From NCBI GenBank assembly GCA_963705105.1, contig CAVPIW010000006.1, forward strand, positions 639,332 to 671,331: DNA of 32,000 nt, given 5' to 3'. Each line of letters opens with the position of its first letter. Position 1 is the first letter of the stretch. This DNA is from an uncultured Nitrospiraceae bacterium. Its GTDB lineage: Bacteria > Nitrospirota > Thermodesulfovibrionia > Thermodesulfovibrionales > Dissulfurispiraceae. The position numbers and the translations under genes were made by a program. The notes below the pieces were generated by a model, which ran no database searches, had not been told where the DNA came from, and saw only the letters and a list, made by a program, of their open reading frames with translations. Shown in pieces: positions 1-7,651 of the stretch.

Positions 1-1
1 T

Positions 2-865
2 GAGAAAAGCGCCGTCCTCGTCGATGAGATCTGCGCCTTCATCCCCGGCATGATCGGCGCCCTCGACGACGACGACATCCGCCGGTTCGTCAGCAGCAAC
101 ATGACGCATGCCATCAGGTCCGTGGAAGTCGCCCCGTCACTCGGCCACTTCCTCGAAATACTCACGTCGAACAACAAGCACCAGGAACTCTTCGACCGCG
201 TCCTTATCCTTGTGAACAATCTCTTCGAGGAATACAGGGAAGCCCTGCAGGACAGGATCACCGATGAGACGCCGTGGTTTCTGCTGCCCTTCGGAGTCGA
301 TTTCGTCGTCTACGACAAGATCGTGACGAACCTGCAGTCTCTGCTGAATGAGGTGACCGGGAATCCGGACCATGAGCTGAGGGTCCGTTTTAACAGGGCG
401 ACGGAGGAGTTCATCAGGAAGCTCAAGTCGTCTCCCGAATACAGGGAGCGGGGCGAATCGCTGAAAGAGGAATTTCTCGCAAGCCCCGTTATCCGGCAAT
501 ATTTCGACCAGGTCTGGGACGACCTGAAGCCCCGTATCCTGGATGCGCTTGCGAGGCCGGATTCGGCGCTCAGGACGCGGATGGGAGAGGCCGTGAGGGC
601 TGTGGGCAATGGCTTGCTCAACGATGAAGCGGTCCGCCGAAAAATCAACGAACGCATCCAGGACGCCGCGGTGGCCGTCGTCGACAAACACCGGGCCGAG
701 ATGAGCAGTCTCATCGCGGAGCAGATGAGGCAGTGGGACGCCGTGACGATCTCAGACAAGATCGAGCGGGAAGTCGGCAGTGATCTTCAGTATATCAGGA
801 TCAACGGGACCATCATCGGCGGGTTCATCGGCCTGCTTATCCATCTGTTTTCGAGGCTTTTCTGA
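2..865 (+). CDS. DUF445-family membrane protein, 5'-truncated by the window edge
   Basis: Frame 2 is open from nt 2, so the ATG at 50 is probably internal. The C-terminal 'LQYIRINGTIIGGFIGLLIH' segment matches the DUF445 signature as I remember it. Stop at 863-865. Confidence 0.75.
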   Translation, partial: EKSAVLVDEICAFIPGMIGALDDDDIRRFVSSNMTHAIRSVEVAPSLGHFLEILTSNNKHQELFDRVLILVNNLFEEYREALQDRITDETPWFLLPFGVDFVVYDKIVTNLQSLLNEVTGNPDHELRVRFNRATEEFIRKLKSSPEYRERGESLKEEFLASPVIRQYFDQVWDDLKPRILDALARPDSALRTRMGEAVRAVGNGLLNDEAVRRKINERIQDAAVAVVDKHRAEMSSLIAEQMRQWDAVTISDKIEREVGSDLQYIRINGTIIGGFIGLLIHLFSRLF

Positions 866-994
866 TGCGGTTCATTACGACAGAGGAGCGCTGTGCCGGG
901 CTCTTTCCGATATCGTCACATTTTATCTTTCGATGACCCTGAGTTTTCAGGTATGCTATTTCTACAGTTTTTGAATAAGCGATACGAGGCCAAA

Positions 995-1591
995 ATGACT
1001 ATGAAAGAGTCTATAAAGAATGACAATGCGTTCCTGAGGGCGATCCTCGATGCCATTCCTTCACCCGTGCTTATCATGAATCGCAATCTGCGGATCATCG
1101 ATGCAAATCAGGCTGCCAAAGTCCTGTCACCTGAGAATCCCGTCATTCAGAGGAAACTCTGCGGGGACATGCTCTGTTGTTATTATGCCCTCACATCAGG
1201 CAAAGGCTGCGGGTCGACGGAGCACTGCAGGGAGTGTATTGTCAGAAGGACCGTCCGCAGCGCCGTGAAGGGTGAAAAGAGCACCCGCGAGAAGGGCCAG
1301 ATGGCGATATTAAGAAACGGTGCAACCCTCATACTTCATCTGCTTGTCACCGCCACTCCTTTCACAGATGGAAACAGGCGCCTCGCCCTCGTCATCCTCG
1401 AAGACATAACCGAGCTTGTAGAGCTCAGGAGCATCTTTCGCATCTGCGCGAGTTGTAAACGGATACGCCGCGACGACGAGTACTGGGAACAGATCGAGAC
1501 TTTTCTGAAAACACATCTGGACCTGCAGTTCAGCCACGGCATCTGCCCGGAGTGCACAAAAAACCTGTACCCGGATCTCGGTCTTCCGTAG
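995..1591 (+). CDS. PAS-like sensor protein with an internal Cys cluster and a C-terminal CxxC...HGICPEC zinc-ribbon-like tail
   Basis: ATG at 995 (a second at 1001) follows a 'GAGG' Shine-Dalgarno-like motif. The longer ORF from 893 lacks one. 'NAFLRAILDAIPSPVLIMNRNLRIIDANQAA' is a typical PAS N-terminus. Cys cluster: CGDMLCC...C...CRECI. Tail: ICASCKRIRRDDEYWEQIETFLKTHLDLQFSHGICPEC. Confidence 0.7.
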   Translation: MTMKESIKNDNAFLRAILDAIPSPVLIMNRNLRIIDANQAAKVLSPENPVIQRKLCGDMLCCYYALTSGKGCGSTEHCRECIVRRTVRSAVKGEKSTREKGQMAILRNGATLILHLLVTATPFTDGNRRLALVILEDITELVELRSIFRICASCKRIRRDDEYWEQIETFLKTHLDLQFSHGICPECTKNLYPDLGLP

Positions 1592-1633
1592 CGGGCAGCG
1601 GGTATCCTGAGCTTCATCCTCCCGAACAGGATG

Positions 1634-1649
1634 ACCGGGGAACCCCGGT
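1634..1649 (+). terminator. Perfect GC hairpin (ACCGGGG-AA-CCCCGGT) 43 nt after the PAS gene stop; possible terminator but no U tract
   Basis: 7-bp perfect stem read directly from the sequence. It is followed by AAAAGC rather than a T run, so function is uncertain. Confidence 0.25.
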
Positions 1650-1781
1650 AAAAGCGCAATTCTTGCATTGAGCGGCGCAATTTTTGCATCCTTTGTCGCA
1701 CCATGCCATTGTTTTTCAGTTCACGCCGCCCCTTCTATTCATGGCACAGGATTTGATATTTGCAAAGGCAACGTCCTATGA

Positions 1782-1833
1782 CTTGTCATTCCGGCTCGTC
1801 CGGAATCTTTCTGTGGGAAGGACTCCCGACAAG
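1782..1833. repeat. Nested stem-loop element: outer stem CTTGTC/GACAAG enclosing two hairpins
   Basis: Outer stem is 1782-1787 paired with 1828-1833. Hairpin 1 is ATTCCGG-ctcgt-CCGGAAT (1788-1806). Hairpin 2 is GGGA-aggac-TCCC (1815-1827). It resembles small palindromic intergenic elements. Confidence 0.4.
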
Positions 1834-1928
1834 CTGCAGTGATGGAGAATAGGTCATTTATTATGTTGAAATTATTAGTCGGCAGTCCGAAGATAATAAA
1901 GGATATAAAAGAATATAGAAGTTAAGGC

Positions 1929-2045
1929 GGTTCCCAAAACGGCCCGATAGATGATCTCCGGTAAGCCGGCGTTTCTTTGGGCGCTTTGCGGCTTGGCGTG
2001 AGACCGCAGTTCCCTGTCAATCGCCGATCAGGCCGAATTGGGAAC
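1929..2045. repeat. 117-bp element bounded by 19-nt imperfect inverted repeats (MITE-like or structured leader RNA)
   Basis: GGTTCCCAAAACGGCCCGAT (1929-1948) pairs with ATCAGGCCGAATTGGGAAC (2027-2045) at 16 of 19 positions. The interior holds CCGG-TAAG-CCGG (1958-1969). It also holds GCGCTTTGCGGCTTGGCGTGAGAC (1981-2004), a near copy of 14637-14662. Confidence 0.45.
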
Positions 2046-2151
2046 AATGCGGTCATCTCTGACACCGGCAGTGCCACCTAATTAATTATGCCTCACACCG
2101 ACATTGTCGCCGGCGCTGTTGCTTTACGAACCCATTTGAAAGGAGGCCGTA

Positions 2152-2676
2152 ATGAGAAGAACTGAAGACGGTGGATGGAATCCTTACCTTGCAGGCTCGC
2201 TCAACGGGGTGGTCCTCATCTTGTCCGCCTGGATCGCGGACAAATATGTCGGCACATCGACCACATTTGTGAAGACGGCGGGTATGATCGAAAAGCTCTT
2301 CAATCCCGAACGGGTGGCACAAATGGAATACTTCATCAAGGAAGTGCCGAAGATTGACTGGCAATGGATGTTTGTCATCGGCATTTTCATCGGGTCTTTC
2401 ATCTCATCAGTTACCTCGGGCTCGTTCCGTTTGAAGGCCGTCCCCGATATGTGGGAGCGTCGCTTCGGACCGGGCATTGCAGATCGCGGACTCGTGGCAT
2501 TCATCGGCGGCATCGTCGTGATCTATGGTGCACGCCTTGCCGATGGTTGACCGAGCGGACACGGGCTGAGCGGTTCGCTCCAGCTTGCAGTAAGCGGCTT
2601 CATCGCCCTCGCCGGGTTTTTCATCGGCGGCATGATAATGGCAAACCTGATCTACCGGGGAGGTGACAGCTCATGA
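2152..2676 (+). CDS. YeeE/YedE (sulfur-transport, PF04143-type) half-transporter; candidate selenoprotein with UGA 2548-2550 read as Sec
   Basis: Strong SD (AAAGGAGG) before ATG 2152. The ORF-track product ends '...GARLADG' at TGA. The same frame continues 'PSGHGLSGSLQLAVSGFIALAGFFIGGMIMANLIYRGGDSS' to TGA 2674-2676. This restores the family motif GARLADG-C-PSGHGLSG with Sec at the Cys position. Total is 174 codons versus 175 for the partner gene. The stop overlaps the partner start (ATGA). Confidence 0.7.
2565..2584 (+). promoter_or_regulatory. Candidate bacterial SECIS hairpin
   Basis: 5'-GCUGAGCG-GUU-CGCUC(C)AGC-3' gives 8 bp with one bulged C and a G/U-containing apical loop. The base starts 14 nt after the UGA and the loop lies about 25 nt from it. 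That is the range expected for bacterial SECIS elements. Confidence 0.5.
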
Positions 2677-3200
2677 CCACGCTTCTGTACGGCCTTGTCA
2701 CGGGCATCCTCTTCGGTTTCCTCCTCCAAAAGGCGCGGGTCCTGAGGTACGACAAACAGATCGGCGCCCTGCGGCTCATGGATATGACCATCGTCAAGTT
2801 CATGCTGAGCAGCATCCTTGTCGCCATGGTCGGCGTCTATCTGCTCAAGGACCTCGGCCTCGTCAAACTCAACCTTAAAACCACCGTCATTGGTGCCCAG
2901 GTTCTCGGGGGCATCATCTTCGGTCTCGGGTGGGGACTGCTCGGTTACTGCCCGGGGACACAGATAGGGGCGCTCGGGGAAGGGAGGCTGGACGCGGTAT
3001 GGGGAATCATCGGGTCGCTCGTCGGGGCGGCACTCTATGCCGAAACCTATCCTTTTCTAAAGAAGACGGTGCTTGCCTGGGGCAATTACGGCAAGATAAC
3101 GGTGCCTCAAACCCTCGGCGTCAACCACTGGTTCGTCATTATCCCCCTCGTCACTGGAGGTCTTCTGCTCTTCCGGTGGTTCGAGAAAAGGGGGCTGTAG
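2673..3200 (+). CDS. YeeE/YedE family half-transporter (Cys form, GYCPGT motif)
   Basis: Polytopic hydrophobic protein. 'GLGWGLLGYCPGTQIGALGEG' matches the family's second conserved Cys motif. Translationally coupled to the upstream half through the ATGA overlap. Confidence 0.85.
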   Translation: MTTLLYGLVTGILFGFLLQKARVLRYDKQIGALRLMDMTIVKFMLSSILVAMVGVYLLKDLGLVKLNLKTTVIGAQVLGGIIFGLGWGLLGYCPGTQIGALGEGRLDAVWGIIGSLVGAALYAETYPFLKKTVLAWGNYGKITVPQTLGVNHWFVIIPLVTGGLLLFRWFEKRGL

Positions 3201-3217
3201 TAAACCATCAGGAAAAC

Positions 3218-3249
3218 ATGGAGCGGCTGGATGGACCCAGCCGCTCCAT
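3218..3249. terminator. Bidirectional intrinsic-terminator-like hairpin between convergent genes
   Basis: Perfect 13-bp stem ATGGAGCGGCTGG / CCAGCCGCTCCAT with a 6-nt loop. On the minus strand it is followed by GTTTTCC. It lies between stop 3200 (+) and stop 3262 (-). Confidence 0.6.
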
Positions 3250-3261
3250 ACACGCCATCCC

Positions 3262-3657
3262 TTACTTCTTTTTGTGCTCGATCTCCTTTTCCGCCTCCTC
3301 TTCCATCTTCTTGAGCCTCGTGTAGTAATCGGGGAACTCCGCGAGGTGATCGATAGAGATCTCGAGGGCGCGGAACTTGTCAGTCGTATGCTCCTGCTCC
3401 ACCTTGATCCCCATGAGAAGCTGGTCCAGGTCGAAATCGGTCACCTTTCTCGCATCAGCCCTGCCCCCCCTGATGCCCTGCCGGAAGTCCCTGATGTCGA
3501 TCCCGTGGCGCTCCTTGATCGCCTTCCGGTACTCCTCGAATTTCGCATCCTGTCCCTTGACGACCGGTTTCGACGGTTTCGGCTGCTCCACAGCATAACC
3601 AGTGACGACAAAACAAAGCACAAGCATCAACGCAAACAAGATGATTCTTCCTTTCAT
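3262..3657 (-). CDS. Small exported protein with a 'VEQEHT...DHLAEFPDYY' motif (DUF5661-like, from memory)
   Basis: Start chosen at M10 of the track ORF (ATG 3657) because AAGGAGG lies 7 nt upstream. N-terminal signal-like segment MKGRIILFALMLVLCFVVTGYA. The conserved EHT/DHL/YY motif block is recalled from a domain-of-unknown-function family. Confidence 0.7.
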   Translation of the reverse strand: MKGRIILFALMLVLCFVVTGYAVEQPKPSKPVVKGQDAKFEEYRKAIKERHGIDIRDFRQGIRGGRADARKVTDFDLDQLLMGIKVEQEHTTDKFRALEISIDHLAEFPDYYTRLKKMEEEAEKEIEHKKK

Positions 3658-3763
3658 AAGAAACCTCCTTTCGTGATCAAACATAACCTTGTCGTTGTAA
3701 GAGCTCTCCGGAAGGGCGTGGCGAGGACCGAAAACTCTCGGTGTGAGATGACCTCTGCAGGCC

Positions 3764-4381
3764 TCATATGATCCCCAGCAGCTTCAGCCCGTCGCGAAAA
3801 AGAACAATTGCCAAAACACATAAGACGATCCCGAGGAAACGCATCGCGCAGACATAGGGCTTACCGTCCAGAAATGATCTCGATTTGCCGACCAGCAGGG
3901 ATAGCAATATTTTTGATCCCACCAAAAAGACATAAAAACCGCAAATGAAGGCGGCCGATGCAAAAATGCTGATGTTCATAGCCCTGGTCATTGTCGGAGC
4001 GCCGACACTAAACCAAAACAAGTAGGGATGCGGGCTGAGAGCGTTTGCCAATATGCCTTTCCTCAGGGATTTGGCCTTCTTCGCCTCAGTATTCACCTCA
4101 ACTCCTTTCGAGCGTATCCCCTCGCAGCCCATACACAGAATGAAGAAACCGCCGGCTAGTGAAATGATCCCCAATACGGCATGGAAATCGGATAACTTCG
4201 CCAAAATGAAACAAGTTGCGATAATGATCGGCAAATCGGTGATGAACGGCGCGAGAGCGACTTTTATGCCCGATCTGATACCGTGCTGCAGGGTTTCGGA
4301 GATGACGAGGGTCAGGAGAGGGCCCGGGGCGAGTCCCGCCGACAGGCCCAGTATGATCCCGATGGTCAGGTATGTTGTCAT
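3764..4381 (-). CDS. LysE/RhtB-family amino-acid exporter
   Basis: 205 aa with about six TM segments. The N-terminal 'GLSAGLAPGPLLTLVISETL' and central 'ANALSPHPYLFW' motifs are characteristic of LysE-type translocators. AAGGAG SD upstream. Confidence 0.85.
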   Translation of the reverse strand: MTTYLTIGIILGLSAGLAPGPLLTLVISETLQHGIRSGIKVALAPFITDLPIIIATCFILAKLSDFHAVLGIISLAGGFFILCMGCEGIRSKGVEVNTEAKKAKSLRKGILANALSPHPYLFWFSVGAPTMTRAMNISIFASAAFICGFYVFLVGSKILLSLLVGKSRSFLDGKPYVCAMRFLGIVLCVLAIVLFRDGLKLLGII

Positions 4382-4687
4382 TCCGCACTTCTCCTTCCCC
4401 GGTCAGGCTGCTTGCCCGGATGCTGACCGGCCGGATCATGGCTTAACCTTGCGGGCACATGAGAAGGCGGGGCGAAGCGCCTGTCCGGACTCCCTATTGC
4501 AACAATACGATTAATATAGCACAGCACCCCTGACCAGAATATTGTGCAGCCAGACTTTGAAAACGAGGATAGGATGTGATGCCCCATCCTCGGGCCACGT
4601 TATTTTGGACACCAATGATAGCACAGACAACCACAATGACCGCGTGACAGCCGACTGCTGCCTTCCGTCCCGTCCCACGGGGACCTG

Positions 4688-6064
4688 TCACGTGGACTGG
4701 CTGAGGGCGGCATAGACAATCAAAATCGCGACGACCATGACGTGGAGAAACGCGTAATTTCTCCGTGGAATCATGCCCTCGAAATCGCCTTTATGAAAAA
4801 GACGGAGGACATTGTGGCTTGCCGCCGCCCCGACAGCAAGGATAAGCAACGATAGGATGCCGATGAACCGTTCATCCACGACAAATCGCCACCGGGAAAG
4901 GTCCATCCCCGCCTGACTGCCGAGGGTCGGGAAAAATGAACCCGCTTCCGACAGGAAGTATGCGAGCCGGTAGACGAGCTCCCCAGTAAAGGTGAAGGGG
5001 ACGAGCACGGGGACCATCGGCGAAAAACGTCCGAAGACCTCGTCTTCCGTTACCGTGAACAGCCTTGCCCCGACCCGTATGAGACCGAGAAAAAAGAGGA
5101 AGCCAGCTCCGAGAAGCACGGTGAAAGCGACAAGGTCCGACTGATGAAAATAGGTTTTCAGCGGCACGAACCAGGCCTTTTCATAAATGAAACGGGCGAG
5201 CTGGGAACCCATGAGAAAGGGGATGATAAAAGAGCAGGTGAGGTAACGGCCCTTGTTGATCACCAGTTCCGCAAAGGGGTTCCGCAGGTTTATCCTCGGC
5301 GAATCGTAGGGGCACATCGGGACGCAGTGGCCGCAGACAAGGCAATCGAGGTTGTTCCGCACATTGACGGCACCGAGATAGACGGGGCAGCCGGCGCCGC
5401 CTGCCGTGCCCTTCCGGCAGGAAGCGGTTTTGCAGGTTTTGCAGACAGCGAGATCAGGCCTGAACTCCGTAATGGAGATGGTGGCGGCGGACCCTATGAT
5501 CCTGCCCATGGGGCAGACGTGGCGGCACCAGGCCTGTCCCTTGAAGAGGACCTCCATAAGTGTTGCGCCGGCGATGATCGCCACGAGCAGGATCGCCGTC
5601 CCGGACGGCGATTCCTTGAGGTTGAAGACGGATTCCGCCCAGAGAATGACAGCCAGGAAGAATGTAGACAGATAGACGCCGTTCTTCTGCAGGAACCGCG
5701 GTACGTCGGCGTTGAATCTCATCCCGAAACGGCGCAGGATGCGTCCGACACCGGGGAACGGGCAAAAGCCGCACCAAAGCCTCCCGGTGAAGAACCAGCT
5801 CAGTACGATGGTCGTCCACCAGACACCCCAGACCATGAAAAGGATCGCATTCCGGTCCGGGTCCTGGGGACCGAAGAACCCGACAAGGATGATGACGGTG
5901 AAAACGATGTCTCCGAAGGTCCGTACCGCCGCAAAATACCGGCGGTCTGCGAAAAACCTCTTCAACGGGGGAAAGGCTTCGAAAAGGTTTATGCGCGCCT
6001 GACGGTCGTCAGGGAGGACGATCCCCAGCGCCTGACGGAGGATTTTTCTCGCTGTCATGTACAC
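4688..6064 (-). CDS. Membrane-bound polyferredoxin (NapH/MauN-like 4Fe-4S protein) with a C-terminal multi-TM extension
   Basis: Membrane CxxCP motifs: WCGFCPFPG and WCRHVCPMG. Two ferredoxin-type clusters: CKTCKTASC...CP and CLVCGHCVPMCP. Hydrophobic segments sit on both sides. Last gene of the rsmI-ABC operon. Confidence 0.8.
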   Translation of the reverse strand: MYMTARKILRQALGIVLPDDRQARINLFEAFPPLKRFFADRRYFAAVRTFGDIVFTVIILVGFFGPQDPDRNAILFMVWGVWWTTIVLSWFFTGRLWCGFCPFPGVGRILRRFGMRFNADVPRFLQKNGVYLSTFFLAVILWAESVFNLKESPSGTAILLVAIIAGATLMEVLFKGQAWCRHVCPMGRIIGSAATISITEFRPDLAVCKTCKTASCRKGTAGGAGCPVYLGAVNVRNNLDCLVCGHCVPMCPYDSPRINLRNPFAELVINKGRYLTCSFIIPFLMGSQLARFIYEKAWFVPLKTYFHQSDLVAFTVLLGAGFLFFLGLIRVGARLFTVTEDEVFGRFSPMVPVLVPFTFTGELVYRLAYFLSEAGSFFPTLGSQAGMDLSRWRFVVDERFIGILSLLILAVGAAASHNVLRLFHKGDFEGMIPRRNYAFLHVMVVAILIVYAALSQST

Positions 6065-6069
6065 GCCTT

Positions 6070-6813
6070 CTATTCGCTGTAGTTCCTGATCAACCGCGAG
6101 CCGTAGAGAAAAAACGCTGCGGCATAGGCGACGAGAACGGCGAGGGAGACGAGGGCCTCCTCGTCGAGCGACGCCTTCCTGATGACGATATTCGTGTGGG
6201 TCAAAGGGAAAACGGTGATGAGCATCCCGATGGCGGCGGGCATGCGGTCGACGGGGAAGAAGGTCCCGCTGAAGAACGCCATGGGCAGGATGAAGAAGTT
6301 GGTATATGTCGCCGTGTCCTCGTGAGACTTGGAGACCATGCCCGTGATGACGCCGAGACTGGCGAAGAGGAAGCAGTTGAGCAGGAGGGTGCCGGCGAAA
6401 AGGGGCGTGAGAAAAAACCCGTCGACGGCGATGAATCCGACGGAGATGATGAGCGACGAGGCGAAGAGACCCTTCACCATGCCTGCCAGGACTTCACCGA
6501 TCATTATGGAGGAAGGGCTGATCGGCGCCTGGACGAAGACCTGGAAAGTCTTGAAGTAGATCCTGTTGAGGTTGAGGGCGCTCGCGACCCAGGTGTAAGA
6601 GTTGTTCATGGAGCTCATGGCCACGATGCCCGGAAGCAGGTACGTGAGGTAATCGACGCCCTGGACTGTGACGCCCCTGCCGAGGCCGAACCCGAAGGTG
6701 ATCAGGTAGATGATGGGGACGACCATGGCAGAGAAGAGGTATCCGATCTTGAGCAGTTTCCTCCGGAAAAGGAGCATCTCCCGGAGAAAGATGGGGTACC
6801 ATTTCATCATCAT
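6070..6813 (-). CDS. ABC-2 type transporter permease
   Basis: 247 aa with six predicted TM segments and typical ABC-2 permease organisation. ATGA overlap with the upstream ATPase gene. Confidence 0.85.
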   Translation of the reverse strand: MMMKWYPIFLREMLLFRRKLLKIGYLFSAMVVPIIYLITFGFGLGRGVTVQGVDYLTYLLPGIVAMSSMNNSYTWVASALNLNRIYFKTFQVFVQAPISPSSIMIGEVLAGMVKGLFASSLIISVGFIAVDGFFLTPLFAGTLLLNCFLFASLGVITGMVSKSHEDTATYTNFFILPMAFFSGTFFPVDRMPAAIGMLITVFPLTHTNIVIRKASLDEEALVSLAVLVAYAAAFFLYGSRLIRNYSE

Positions 6814-7643
6814 GCCATGCGCTCCCCGGTAAGCTTGACGAAGACGTCCTCGAGGTTGGATGCCCTGATGGTCACGCCGTTGCGCATCTCGGCTGCCAGC
6901 GCGTTGGCTTCCTCACGGGTCCTCCGGATATGCTGGATGAGTTTTCCCCCGGCGTCCACGTGCTCCACCACGTACTCTCCGACCATGGCCTTCAGGTTTG
7001 ACGGCGTGTCGAGGGCGACCAGGCGGCCCCTGGCAAGGATGCCGATCCTGTTGCAGAGGGCCTCGGCCTCCTCGATGTAGTGCGTGGTGATGACGACGGT
7101 CCGGCCCTCGATCCGCACCTTCCTGATATTGTCCCACATCTGCCGCCGTATCTGGGGATCGAGGCCGAGAGATGGTTCGTCGAGGAAGAGGACTGACGGC
7201 TCCGTCAGGAGCGCCCGGGCGAGGAGGAGCCGTCTCTGCATGCCGCCTGAAAATCCCGAGACGACGGAGTCCTGCCTGTCCGAGAGGCCGACTGTCTTTA
7301 TGGCCTCTTCAATCACCCGTCGCCTCTGCCGGACATCGTGGAGCATGGAGTAGATAAGTAGGTTCTCATAGGCCGTCAGCTCCCTGTCCAGGTTGTTCTC
7401 CTGGGGGACGACGGCGATGCGCCTTTTCACCGCAATGGGGTCCTGCCGGACGTCGAAGCCGTCGACCCTGCAGACACCGCTGTCTGCCCGGCTCAGCGTC
7501 GTCAGGACCTTGATCGTCGTCGTCTTGCCCGCGCCGTTCGGCCCCAGGAGGCCGAAGACCTCGCCCTTCTCGATGGTGAAAGTGACGCCGTCGAGGGCGG
7601 TGATTGCGCCGTATCTTTTCGTGAGCCCCTGCACCTCAACCAT
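6810..7643 (-). CDS. ABC transporter ATP-binding protein
   Basis: Walker A GPNGAGKTT, signature SGGMQRRL, Walker B LLFLDEPSLGLD, H-loop TTHYIEE. Confidence 0.92.
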   Translation of the reverse strand: MVEVQGLTKRYGAITALDGVTFTIEKGEVFGLLGPNGAGKTTTIKVLTTLSRADSGVCRVDGFDVRQDPIAVKRRIAVVPQENNLDRELTAYENLLIYSMLHDVRQRRRVIEEAIKTVGLSDRQDSVVSGFSGGMQRRLLLARALLTEPSVLFLDEPSLGLDPQIRRQMWDNIRKVRIEGRTVVITTHYIEEAEALCNRIGILARGRLVALDTPSNLKAMVGEYVVEHVDAGGKLIQHIRRTREEANALAAEMRNGVTIRASNLEDVFVKLTGERMA

Positions 7644-7651
7644 TATATGCC

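Noticed and set aside
1742-1757. Confident sigma54 promoter call at TGGCAC-N5-TTGAT (and at GGCGC-N5-TTGCA, 1674-1688).
   Set aside because: Each site has one imperfect half: the -12 GC is replaced by GA in one, and the -24 is TGGCAC-degenerate in the other. Both lie 400-480 nt from the nearest start codon. They are kept only as a low-confidence note inside the leader-region finding.
2364-2666. 100-aa plus-strand ORF that appears to fill the gap between the two YeeE/YedE ORFs.
   Set aside because: It is in a different frame from 2152 and overlaps it by about 190 nt. Its product is Arg/His-rich nonsense. The gap is better explained by UGA read-through in the 2152 frame.
4378-4691. Minus-strand ORFs of 65-69 aa between the LysE gene and the polyferredoxin gene.
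   Set aside because: They overlap the flanking gene ends and a repeat-family fragment. Their products are low-complexity, and no SD is present.
5144-6082. Long antisense ORFs opposite confirmed genes. Examples: 137-691(-), 5144-6082(+), 6196-7080(+), 7895-8500(+), 8586-9188(+), 9373-10503(+), 10591-11397(+), 11651-13093(+), 13679-14215(-), 15665-16306(+), 21316-22041(-), 22552-23343(-), 26689-27489(-), 28312-29232(-).
   Set aside because: They fully overlap genes with clear family motifs on the other strand. Their products are Arg/Pro/Gly/Asp-rich low-complexity strings with no recognisable motifs or SD sequences. This is the typical shadow-ORF signature of GC-rich DNA.
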